Shown: in pieces, positions 40,901 through 51,840 of the stretch | Layout of the letters: every line of letters starts with the position of its first letter | How positions within the stretch are numbered: the stretch's first letter is position 1 | Assembly: GCF_026210795.1 (NCBI RefSeq) | Contig: NC_089432.1 | Coordinates: 5,332,001 to 5,396,000 of the forward strand | DNA from: Rhizophagus irregularis | Lineage: Eukaryota | Direction of reading: 5' to 3' | Length of the DNA stretch: 64,000 nucleotides | The notes under the pieces: generated by a model | Database searches by the model: none | Told to the model about the DNA's origin: nothing | Seen by the model: the letters and a program-made list of their open reading frames with translations, nothing else | Translations under genes and position numbers: made by a program

Positions 40901-41484
40901 GATCAATTTCCTTTTTTTATTATTCTCACACTTTCCAAAAAAAGGAATTGCAAAGTATAAACTGTTTAAGCGAATTATTTTCTTTTTTAGTGGTTTATAG
41001 ATCGGAATTCTTTCCTGATTCCATTCAAAAAATTTGTTAGAAACATAAAAATATACAAAGCTTTACTATTAATGTGCGAAGAAAACACTAATTTTTATTT
41101 CCAACTAATTGAATATCCACAAAAAAAGACATAAAAGGTATTATTAAAAACATCAAAGGTTTTTACAGTGATCTAGTAAATTATGGTAATTCTGAATATA
41201 CTGTCCAAAATAAAACAATAATCTTTATTGTTTTAATGATAATAATCATAATTATAGTTGGCTATTATTATTTATTATTATTATTTATTATTATTATTAT
41301 GATTAACAATACAACATGAATTTAAGAATGAGTCCACTTAAAAAAAATAAATAAAGCAATATATTGGATACAATAATATATATGAATTAAAAACTTATAT
41401 CTTAATTAATATTCAATTAAGATACCGTATACCTAATATTTTGTGTACCACCACTTGAACTACCTGTTTTGGAAGCGTGGCCAC

Positions 41485-42012
41485 CTATGTACCACCTGTT
41501 GTTGGAGCTGGATTCCTAGAAAGAATTAAAATAAATGAATTAATGAATAATAAGAAAATTTCATCAAATAGAATTATTTGCGATAAAACATACCCTCCAC
41601 TGAGATCCACCGGATGCTTAGCAATTTTACAATCACTTTCATATTTTACTGTAGTGTCGACAGGAAATTGGCAAAATTTACCACAAGTAACAAGGGTATC
41701 ATAAAATTCTTTAGTACAACTGCAATTTTCAAGGCCACTAAAATTATCTTAAAAAAAAAAAGTATGCTTGTATTAATTATCACTTTTATAATAACTATAT
41801 TTACTTGTTTGTTTATTGAACTTACCACCACCCACACTAAAGTAGTAATATATATAACTAAAATCAATCTTATAATCACAAGGAGCTAAAAGTTCATTTA
41901 AATAATAACAATTTTTATCAGCATTTGGGCAGGAAACAACTTCTGCTAATCCGATATAAAAAAATAATGATAAGATTATGCTAATAATAATAAAATGAGT
42001 TGGTGCCTTCAT
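41485..42012 (-). CDS. Small secreted 8-cysteine protein, paralogue of 32226-32671 (123 aa; exons 42012-41826, 41747-41594, 41515-41485)
   Basis: Signal-like MKAPTHFIIISIILSLFFYIGLA, then CPNADKNCYYLNELLAPC...ENCSCTKEFYDTLVTCGKFCQFPVDTTVKYESDCKIAK. Introns are GT-AG. The third exon is less certain. Confidence 0.78.
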
Positions 42013-43704
42013 AATTTAGAGATTTTAAGATTCAAAAATAACGTTTTCAATTTTTAACGTAATGAAATTCTAGCAGGAAGTAGGTTTTAATTTGAATTGG
42101 GAAAAAATTTGGAAGCTATTTATTCTTTATTTCTTTTTGTTTGCACAATATATCATGTTGTTCGTTTGTATTATAATGTTTGTAAAACTTTATGAAACAA
42201 ATTAACTAAATGTGTAAAGATAATGATAAAATGTCTAATTGGGAAGTACAAATTCTTTGGTTTGAAGTACAAGCGTTTAACTGTTATGGTGGATGAGAAC
42301 AAAGATGGCAGATTGAGCACGGCAGCTCCCGAATTTTACCAAAAGAGGTAGTCGAAAGTCATCTGCGCCGATATCATTCCCTAATTTCAAATTTCAGGAA
42401 AGAACCGGGAAACACACATTCACGATGACACGATCAACAATAAATGTTCCCGTCTTAGTTTGTACAACCTTACTTCAGGTTATGCCGTTGTTATGATACT
42501 GAATGAGAATCTTTCCCCAGTTTTACCTTCCGGATAGTGAATCTTGCTTGGCATTGTTCGCATTCCTTACGAACCTTAAGCTTCCAGCAGTCTACCAGCG
42601 ACCCTATAAAAAAAACCAGACATGTCTACCTGTCCGGAAAAAAAATGTCCACTTTATTAAGTTTATTTACATCGGAGTGTCACCTGTTCATATTTTGTTT
42701 AAAAGTATTTCTTTTATAACCCAAATTACAGCTGATTTCATAGTATACGGTTTTTTACTCCATACCAAGAGAAAACTCGGTAATATTCGGTATGACTCAG
42801 AATAAAATAAAAACTACACAAACATCAATCCGGATTATCTTAATATTTAATAGGCAAACAAATCAAAAATTGATTTACCCAATAAGCTACCTTTAGGTAT
42901 AAGTGATTTATCCTGTGTAACCATCAAACTTTTACATGATACACATGATATTTTGACCATAATCAATTATAAAATACCGGATAAGTAAATTAATTGATTT
43001 CTTGACTAAACCAAATTATTAATATTCATTAATTTATTAAATAGGAAGGTTGTATTTCAGAAAAAATGAATTAATACGGATCTTTGTTTCAATTATCTTA
43101 ATATGGTATTGATTACTGGTATGGTTAGCACAAAAAAAAGGCGGGTGATATTGTTACTGGGCGTAAATGCGTAATATTATGTCATAATAAAGGTATCCAT
43201 TCCACAACATGATCTTCCTAAAATAGTTTAGTCAGTTGCAATTTGATTGGCCAGACCTTTTGTTTAAAAGTTCATATGACCCAACAGATTATAAACAACC
43301 ATTTTAATTCGGCATTGAGAACGAACGTGGGAAATTTAATATAATTCTAATAAATTGCTGGTTAAACGCAGCTGCATTCGTACTACGACGTTTTCAGTTG
43401 CTCTTTTTTTTAATAATATTTCAAAGAAGGATGGATTTTCATCCTGAATTTTGTCCAATGGTCAACGCAAGCTTTAATGTGGATTTACGACTATAATTGA
43501 AGAAAGGATGTATTCTCGGATAATTTTTGCTGCAAAAATTTGATTGAATTAATTTACTTTTTTATCATCTTATTTTAAGTTCATTATATCTCAAGTGCGG
43601 AATACAAATATAGGAATGAACGAGTTAATTTGATTTAAGAAACTATTGATAAAAAATATAGTATTGAATCTGAAGATTTCAAAAGTTATTGCGAAATGTC
43701 GACA

Positions 43705-44017
43705 CAGTGTGTCGATCATTTCGAACACACACCGATTACGGCAATTAAAGATTAAGAAAAAAAAAAATTTTTCTCCTTATAAAACAAAAAAAAAATAAAA
43801 CCTTAGTAATATATTTTTAGGTAGTATGCATTAAAAAAAAATGTATAAAAATTATATTATTCACATATATGTTGTTCACTTGTGTTCGGTTATTCGGTCA
43901 CATTTTCAAATTTTTTTTTTCATATCTAAAAAATGATAAAAAAAAATAGGGTTTCAAGTTTGCATAATTTTTTTGTGTTCGGTGTGTGTTCGTTTTGTAG
44001 AAATGATCGACACACTG
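43705..44017. mobile_element. 313-bp MITE with 18-bp perfect TIRs starting CAG
   Basis: cagtgtgtcgatcatttc ... gaaatgatcgacacactg, plus the subterminal inverted pair cgaacacacaccga/tcggtgtgtgttcg. It is absent from the paralogous block near 31400. No clear TSD. Confidence 0.75.
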
Positions 44018-44753
44018 ATCAAATAACGTTAAAATCTGCCGAAAAAAATAATTCGTCGTATGCAATTTCAAAATATATAAAATCTATGTAATAAATATTA
44101 CATCTTTTATCATTATATTTACTTAATATTCAAAAATTAATTAATATAACAATAGTAATATTATTCGCTTCTATGGTTGTTCCTGAATAGGAATTATTTA
44201 TTCTAAAAAGTGAAAGTGCCAATGAAATATCTCAAAAAACTCTGATATCATATGTAGATCACCGATTTCAAAAAAATGGCACGGAGTTAAGAATTCAAGG
44301 AATATCTTATATTAAAAACTATCAAAATGCAAAACTTCAAATTAGACAGTTAAAGAAGATTGTGATCTAATAATAGTAAATTTGTGCTTTTTTAGAAGAA
44401 ATCAATAAGTGTAAAATCAACCGAGTAGAAAACTTTTGTTTGATTGAAAGTAGAATGGTCATTGACAGATATTTTTAATATTGTATTGTGATACGGTAAA
44501 TATTTATGAAGCCAATATAATGACCCTATAATGACACAATCCCGAGCTTAGGGGCTATGAGGGAGGAATTAAAAGTTAGTGTACTTTTTTAAACTGAGTT
44601 TATTCCAAAAAGAGTCCGTTTATTTGAGTTAAAGGAGAATATACAAAGTTAAATCATTAAATTTAAAGTCAACCCGTGATTTAGGCTTGGTATCGTAAAA
44701 TTCATAATTAGCATGAAAAATTTTATACCATTTATTACTAATAATACCAATTG

Positions 44754-45093
44754 AGTAACGTAGATTGGTTAAGTGTAGTAAATGTAAAGTATGTAATATC
44801 ACGTGATTTACTTGCTGTAAATTTTTAGAACTTGGTCAGAATTAAGATTTCAAGCCAGTAATTTTTGACTGGAGTTAAGAAAATCACGTGATTATATTTT
44901 CTTGAACCAATAATAACCTTTGAATGCAAAAATTGACGGATATTTATCATACGTTAGTGACAATTGAAAAATAGTATTTTTGATGCTATGCGATAAAGAG
45001 TAAACAAAGTATTTTCTAAAAGTGAAATGACAAAAAAATTGGTTGAATCACGTGATTTTATAGTAACTCCGCACTTTGCCAATCTACGTTACT
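44754..45093. mobile_element. 340-bp MITE-like element with 15-bp inverted ends
   Basis: agtaacgtagattgg ... ccaatctacgttact, with three internal tcacgtga palindromes. Confidence 0.6.
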
Positions 45094-45499
45094 TCGAATC
45101 AACAATAAAATTCCTAAATGTGGTTATTAAAATTAATTACATTTTCCTCAGCCTTGAATAAAAATTCATACTAAGCCAAAATTAATCCATATATAGATTA
45201 TTTGGAGATATAATAACAAATTCAGATCTAAGCGAAATTAATGTATATAATTATACGAATAAATTTTCAATTTAATGACCATTTAACTATTTTTAACAGG
45301 TTTCGCTTCACCTTTTGCAGAAAATTATTGTTTAAAATTAATCCGTGGCTGTGTTCATTACAATATTATCGTAAATTTATAAGTTCGCGACAAGTATATA
45401 AACGATCTGTTTCAACCTTCAAAAAGTGCTTCAAATCAAAAAAAATAAAATAAAATAAAATAAATAAGATCTAAAGAAAAAAAAACAAAATAACTCAAA

Positions 45500-46159
45500 A
45501 TGCAATTCAATCTTGTACTCTTCTTTTTAGCCTTATTCGCCGTGCTTTCCCTTGGAGCAACTGTAAGAAAAAATGAAGGAACTTCTGTAAAAAGACGTTC
45601 CAATGATTATGGTGACGACGATGGTTATGGTCATAAACTTAGTAAGTATGAAATTTTAATTTAAATAATTGAGAAAAGATGATACCACGGAAATACTAAT
45701 AGGAATTAATACTACTAATACTGATTTAATATTGGATGTATTATTCATTTACTTATTAAAAAAATTAACGTATTTACAGGAAGACGTAATGATTATGGTG
45801 ATCATGATGATCATGATAATTATGGTGGTTACGATAAACGTAAACTTAGTAAGTATAAAAAAAATCATAATTTAAATATATGGTATCATATATAATTTAT
45901 TTACTATAAATTTAACGTATTTACAGGAAGACACAATGATTATGGTGATCATGATCATGATAATTATGGTGGTTATGATAAACTTAGTAAGTAATATATT
46001 GTATCATTTGTATCTTATATAATTAACTATATTATTTACTTAATAATTGTAAAAATTAACGCATTCACAGGAAAACGTAATGATTATGATGACCACGATG
46101 GTTATGGCCACAAACATGGTCACAAACATGGTCACAAACATGGTCACGGACGTTATTAA
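45500..46159 (+). CDS. Secreted Kex2-processed repeat protein (KEP / SP7-like architecture), 119 aa; exons 45500-45641, 45780-45848, 45927-45986, 46071-46159
   Basis: Spliced product: MQFNLVLFFLALFAVLSLGATVRKNEGTSVKRRSNDYGDDDGYGHKLRRRNDYGDHDDHDNYGGYDKRKLRRHNDYGDHDHDNYGGYDKLRKRNDYDDHDGYGHKHGHKHGHKHGHGRY*. All three introns are gtaagt...cag and phase 1; the CDS is 360 nt in frame. Confidence 0.88.
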
Positions 46160-47499
46160 TTCTTTTCTTAAAATTCACTCTTACGAATTGCTTAAATAGA
46201 AATTACAGTATTTTTGACTAGTTTTTATTTTAGCTATAAATTTCTAAGGATTTAGTCTTGAAATTTTTTTTTTTATTTTTTTGAAACGAAATAAAAGTAA
46301 TTTAACGATTTTTTTTTAAAAAAATGTTTCTTACTACAAAAAATATCGATCAAGTACTCTAAATACGTAAAAAAAATAATTCACGTAATCAAATCGCAGT
46401 AAAATAAGATTTTTTCGTCCGAAACTTTACTGTATTATTATTGGGCGCAAAAGATGATGTCCACCTTTAATACATAATTATAAATAAGTTTTTCCATTAA
46501 ACATTAATATTATATTTACCAAAAATTATAACCATATATTTTTCAATTAATACTGCTTTATGAGATCTACGACTTGATGGAATCACTTTTGGAATATTTA
46601 TTACTTAACACATAAAATGGATTTTTTGCGATTATTTCATTGACTTAATTTTCTTCTGAATGGATCATTTCAACTAAATATCTTATAAAAACAATTATTA
46701 TTTTGTTAAATGATATTTATCATCCATTAATTTGCTAAAATATTATTGATAATCAAGTTTATTAATAGTTAAGTCTACATAAAAAAAGTTCGGAATATTC
46801 ATCGTGTCGTACAATTACTTTAAAAAATACGATGATCGGCGATTAGACCATTTTTATATTGATGCTAAGCCACTAATTTTTATTATTTTTTTTTTGTCAA
46901 TTTTTTTTTTGATATTTGGATAAATAGACACTTTATCACTTTGTTGGACAAATAAGTTTATAAAGTTTTCATAATAAGAAACCTGTTATTATATCTTTTA
47001 AAAGTTTAGATCACAACTTAAGATTCACAATAAATCACGATAAATAAAATCATACTGAAGAAAAACAGGAATCACGGGAAGTTTCATAATGAAAGTTACT
47101 CTTTGATCTATTTGGAAATGATATAATGAACATTTGGAAATGTTTATTATATATTTCTCTAAAAACTATGGTAAGTTTCCCTGTATAAAATAATAATAAT
47201 AAAATTTTTTGTGCTTCAAACGAAAATAATAAAATAATGTACGGTATGTTTGTTACGGTATTGTGCTTTGTTGTGTATATATTTTCGTATGTAACACTGC
47301 TTATTAAATCTTACTTGTTAAATGAAAATATCGCTAAACTATTATTATGTCATTACAAAATAAAACTTGTACTTAGGGAAAGCCAAATTCGGCTTCATTT
47401 GGTTAAGTTCTGTGTTATTATTAATGACCGTGTGGCAAAGTACTAATTTTTCGATTTTTTATTAAGCTAATAAATTGTATCAAATATTATAAATAATAC

Positions 47500-47603
47500 A
47501 AGTACCATCCGTTATAACGACACTCTTCGGGCAATTAGTAAATTATTTCTAATTGTCGTTATAATAAGATCGTTATAATGGGATGTCGTTATAACGGTGG
47601 CAC
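47500..47603. mobile_element. ~100-bp MITE-like relic built from gtcgttataac units
   Basis: agtaccatccgttataacgaca ... tgtcgttataacggtggcact form imperfect inverted ends. Confidence 0.5.
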
Positions 47604-47929
47604 TAGGCGCTGCTCCCTCCCTCTTTGATAGCATCATATATTTCAATTGCTTCTTCACTTCTCTGAAAATTTAATAAAAGTTCGCCCATTATCGCGCATA
47701 ATTTCTACACATGTATGTTATATGTAATAATAAAAAAAATATTTATATCCAGTTTTGAAAAGTAACAGAGAAAAGCTTCACGATAAAATGTGTGTATTAA
47801 TCTTAAATGAAAAATTAACTTGTATATAAAAAATAAAATCATTATTTTGATCGAGGTGCAAATATCAATTTTCTGTCTTTAAAGGTTTTTGTAAAATACT
47901 ATAAAAATATAGCGAAAAAATATATATAA

Positions 47930-49521
47930 CGTATGGCTATCCACCAATCTTTCAAAGTTTCTGAGTTTACCTCCTTTACTCCATTAGTTTCCATATACAG
48001 TTCTTGCATGGCCTCTTAACGGCTGAGCAATCCATCCTAAAATTTCATATAGTTAATTAATATAATAAAATTGGATCATACAAATAAAATGTACATACCA
48101 CATAATTTGACGCAAGCTCAAAATCACGCATATACAATGTGAATGGAAAGACAGCACTTCTAACCTCAACTTCTTTGCAAACCCGTGGTTTGTATAGTGA
48201 TACTTCTATTAGCGTGATTCGGTCTTTTGTAAAAGGACGAAGATTATTATCATATTAATGTCAACATGTGTCAAAGAAAAAAAAATTGCATTACCAATAA
48301 TTTGTATACTGTATGATTTTAACTTCTTTGCAGTATTAATACTAGCGCAAAGATATTTTCGGAGGCACATAATGAGAATATTTACATCGGTGTTTGAGGT
48401 CCGTAGCTAGTGCATCAACCTTCTTTGATGTCACTTCACCGGTTGGATCATCAATAAATTCTGGGGAAACTGTATCCTGGATTATAATTTGATATAGTGT
48501 AAAATTCCCTCAATGTCATTCCAAATATATCGTGTAGTTTCTTTTCTCGGTCTGTGACATGTTCGCCTTGCAATAGCTTCATAAGACTTTCAAGTAGCTT
48601 CTCTGGACTGGATGATGATGATAGAGCTACATGTAACCACTTCGTAAGAATTACTCCCAATCTAGATAGCTTTTTCTGTTCTCACTCATGATTTTCGATT
48701 TCATCTGCTATCTCTGAGTACCTCATACCCAGGTATACTGTAACTTTTGTAAATAACACATCAAACATTAATCGGCTTATGGGGTTGTTAAAAGCGATTC
48801 TGGTTTTCTTCTTTTTTGATCGTTGCCAGTCCAAAGCGCAATCTTTTCCTTGTCAGCAATAACGTATTCATCATAATCTTCCTCTTCGCCTTGAGCTTCA
48901 CTTTCAATATTCATTTTTGTTCTCGTTCAAGTGGGCGTGCTGGTATATTCATTATCTTTATCGAGTTCTTTTCTCTTTTTATCTCGTTCAGTAGCAGCAT
49001 CAATTTCATTATTTGAATCTTCTGCTGCGAATCTTGAGAACATCCTGATTTTCTGGAAGAAAAAATGTATATAGTTAATAGATGAAAATTACACGTCATT
49101 GAACGCAATATAATACTTACACTTTCAAATTCAACATTATCTCTGAAAACTTTATTTGTTTAATATATTTCATTTCTACAGTAGAACTGTTTGACTTCTT
49201 CGCCTTCTGAACAAAGTTCGATAGGTGCCTTCTCATCCAAATACGGAAATAACATAACGCACTTGTATTTTTTGCATCAGCTGCTTCATGATGGCAAGGG
49301 AAACATTTTCTGGTGGTTTGTCTCCAAAATGTATTGCATAGCTTGAGACCAGTTAGGATTTTCGTCTTCTTAAACTGGAGATACTCAATAAGAAACCGTT
49401 TGTACCATGATGTTTTTAAAAAAAATCGCAAACAATTCCTTCCAGCAGAGATTTTGGGACAACCCAATTCACGCCTACTTTGCGAATCAGAGTAACCACA
49501 GGACCTCGGAAATATATGCAT
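47930..49521 (-). pseudogene. Degenerate, apparently intron-containing coding relic of unknown family
   Basis: Higher-GC stretch with broken minus-strand ORFs (49117-49521, 48451-48660), splice-donor-like gtaagt/gtatgt sites and several stops. I recognise no motif. Confidence 0.3.
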
Positions 49522-50658
49522 ATTTTATACGCTTATTTATATAAAAGTAAGCATTGTTTAAATCAAATAAATGACAAATTTCAAAGATGTGGTATGTACT
49601 TTATAAGAAAGTTTATTTATTTATTTATTGTTATATTGTTAGTAAACTATTAAAGCTCTATAAAAAAAGTCGATCCGTTTTTTATATTTCACCTTTTTTC
49701 TGTAAAAGGCTCATATTTCCGGAATTAATAACCTTATATTACGGAATTTATCGAATTATTTTCATTTTCCGTCAATGGATCCGTGAAAGGCTCATTTTAC
49801 GAAGTTTTTACAGAAATACCGAATAAAATTTTTTATAAGCTTTATTTTTTAGGATTATAAATTTAGAATTTTAAAATAGTGAGATATCATTTAGTATCAT
49901 CTGATTCATTTGGTATAATGAGTGCTACGCAGTGGCACATAACAACACTCATTCAATAACGAAGTGGTCGAATTGAGTCGAGCCGATCTATAAAATCGAT
50001 TTTATAATAAACATAATAAACAACGCATCTACGTGTTTTTTTGCCCTATAAGCTAATATTAAAGTGACTTTTAAATAACCCGTAAACATAAACGTGATCA
50101 TAGGCAGATTTGATCGTTGCCTCAGTCGTTCATTTTTCTGCACATTTAAGTTCATCTGTATTTCCAAATATAAGATAGCGGGTCATATTTTTCAAGTTTG
50201 ATGTCACTTACATTGCATGAATTTCAACATTGTGAAGCACATCAAACATAAACCATAAAGTCAAACCTGATTTCATAAATACTTTTTCATGAGCATTATA
50301 AAAAAAAAGCCAGGGGCATATATTTCATAAACAAGTAAAATAATTTTTTTTTCTTATAATAAACAATACATCGTATTATTATATGTGAAAATATGCAACA
50401 ATAAAAAGACAATTGATTTTAATCGATCGTTTCTTGAAACTTTAAAATTAAATTTGCTTGTTTTTATTATCATAAATTTTCTCTCATACAATTACAATAG
50501 ATCATCAAAATTATTAAATTGATCGGTTATATTTTCGACTGGTTCATATTCGGGTAGTGTAATAAAATGATCATCATAATTTACTATTGCCTATATTTCG
50601 TCCTTGTATTTGTTGACCATTATCGTTATAAGAAGATTTACGGTTTTTTTAGCACCAG

Positions 50659-51840
50659 TTAAAGTTCTATGATTCCTAGAACTGACAGGAGATTCATAAT
50701 TATCATAGTTACTAGAATTACTTGCAAGAGTTTCATAGTTACTAAAGCTACTTGTTCCAAACAATTTCTTGAATTACTTGCAAGATTTTCGTAATTTCTA
50801 GAATCACTTGCACGAGTTTTACGATTTCTAGAATTACTTGCGAGGGTTACACAAATTCTAGTACTACTTTTAAGTGTTACATAATTTTTAGAATTACTTG
50901 CAAGAGTTTCACAATTTTTAGAATTACTTGCAAGAGTTTCGTGAGAGGTTCCATAATTTATTGAAATGCCATAAGCACTGCCAGGAGTTCCATATGTTGT
51001 AGAGACACTTCTGGGAGCTTCATATTTTGTACGATTGATAGAACTGTTGCGAGAAGTTTCATTTCCGAGGACATTGATAGGAGCTTCATATTTTACGTGA
51101 TTAATAGAATTGTTGCTAGAAGTTTCGAGTCTGCTGGGAGCTTCATATTTTATGTGATTAGTAGAATTGTTGCTAGAAGTTTCGAGTCTGCTGGGAGCTT
51201 CATATCTTATACGATTAGTAGAATTGTTGATAGAAGTTTCATGTCTGCTATGAGCTTCATATCTTATACGAGCTTCATATTTTATTTGATTAATAGATTT
51301 GTTGTTAAAAGGTTCATTTCTGATAGGAGATTCATATTTTATGTAATTAATAGAATTGTTGTTAGAAGTTTCATTTCTGATAGGAGCTTCATATTTTATA
51401 CGATTAATAGAATTGTTGTTAGAAGTTTCATTTCTGATAGGAGCTTCATATTTTATACGATTAATAGAATTGTTGTTAGAAGTTTCATTTCTGATAGGAG
51501 CTTCATATTTTATACGATTAATAGAATTGTTGTTAGAAGTTTCATTTCTGATAGGAGCTTCATACTTTACAGGACTAATAGAACTCCTTCCAGAAGTTTC
51601 ACATCTGAGGACACTGCCAGGAGCTTTATTTTTTCTAAACTGATCAACACTGGAACTACTTTCTCCATATTGTCTTTGATTATGAGGAGTAAAGTTATTA
51701 ACACCAGTATAGTTCATATATTTTCTATTCCTTAAGGTTCTTTGGCCTTTATAATTATTAATATTATCAATAGGAGGACCATATTTTCTAGTGTATTCTT
51801 TTAAAAAGTTTGACAGTCCATCGTACTGTTGGTTGCTCAT
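50659..51840 (-). CDS. N/S-rich tandem-repeat protein (19-aa and 10-aa repeats), probably frameshifted near its 3' end
   Basis: The 393-aa ORF has IKYEAPIRNETSNNNSINR units (57 bp) and ETLASNSKNC units (30 bp). The 10-aa repeat continues in another frame beyond about 50760. Confidence 0.6.
   Translation of the reverse strand: MSNQQYDGLSNFLKEYTRKYGPPIDNINNYKGQRTLRNRKYMNYTGVNNFTPHNQRQYGESSSSVDQFRKNKAPGSVLRCETSGRSSISPVKYEAPIRNETSNNNSINRIKYEAPIRNETSNNNSINRIKYEAPIRNETSNNNSINRIKYEAPIRNETSNNNSINYIKYESPIRNEPFNNKSINQIKYEARIRYEAHSRHETSINNSTNRIRYEAPSRLETSSNNSTNHIKYEAPSRLETSSNNSINHVKYEAPINVLGNETSRNSSINRTKYEAPRSVSTTYGTPGSAYGISINYGTSHETLASNSKNCETLASNSKNYVTLKSSTRICVTLASNSRNRKTRASDSRNYENLASNSRNCLEQVALVTMKLLQVILVTMIIMNLLSVLGIIEL

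Noticed and set aside
45669..45875. 68-aa ORF in the track
   Set aside because: It spans an intron and is out of frame with exon 2 of the spliced precursor gene.
51290..51570. Regularly spaced repeats that might suggest a CRISPR array
   Set aside because: The units are contiguous with no unique spacers, are a multiple of 3 and lie in a eukaryotic context.
51097..51735. Plus-strand repeat ORFs of 212 aa and 95 aa
   Set aside because: Antisense read-through of the 57-bp coding minisatellite, with no independent gene signals.
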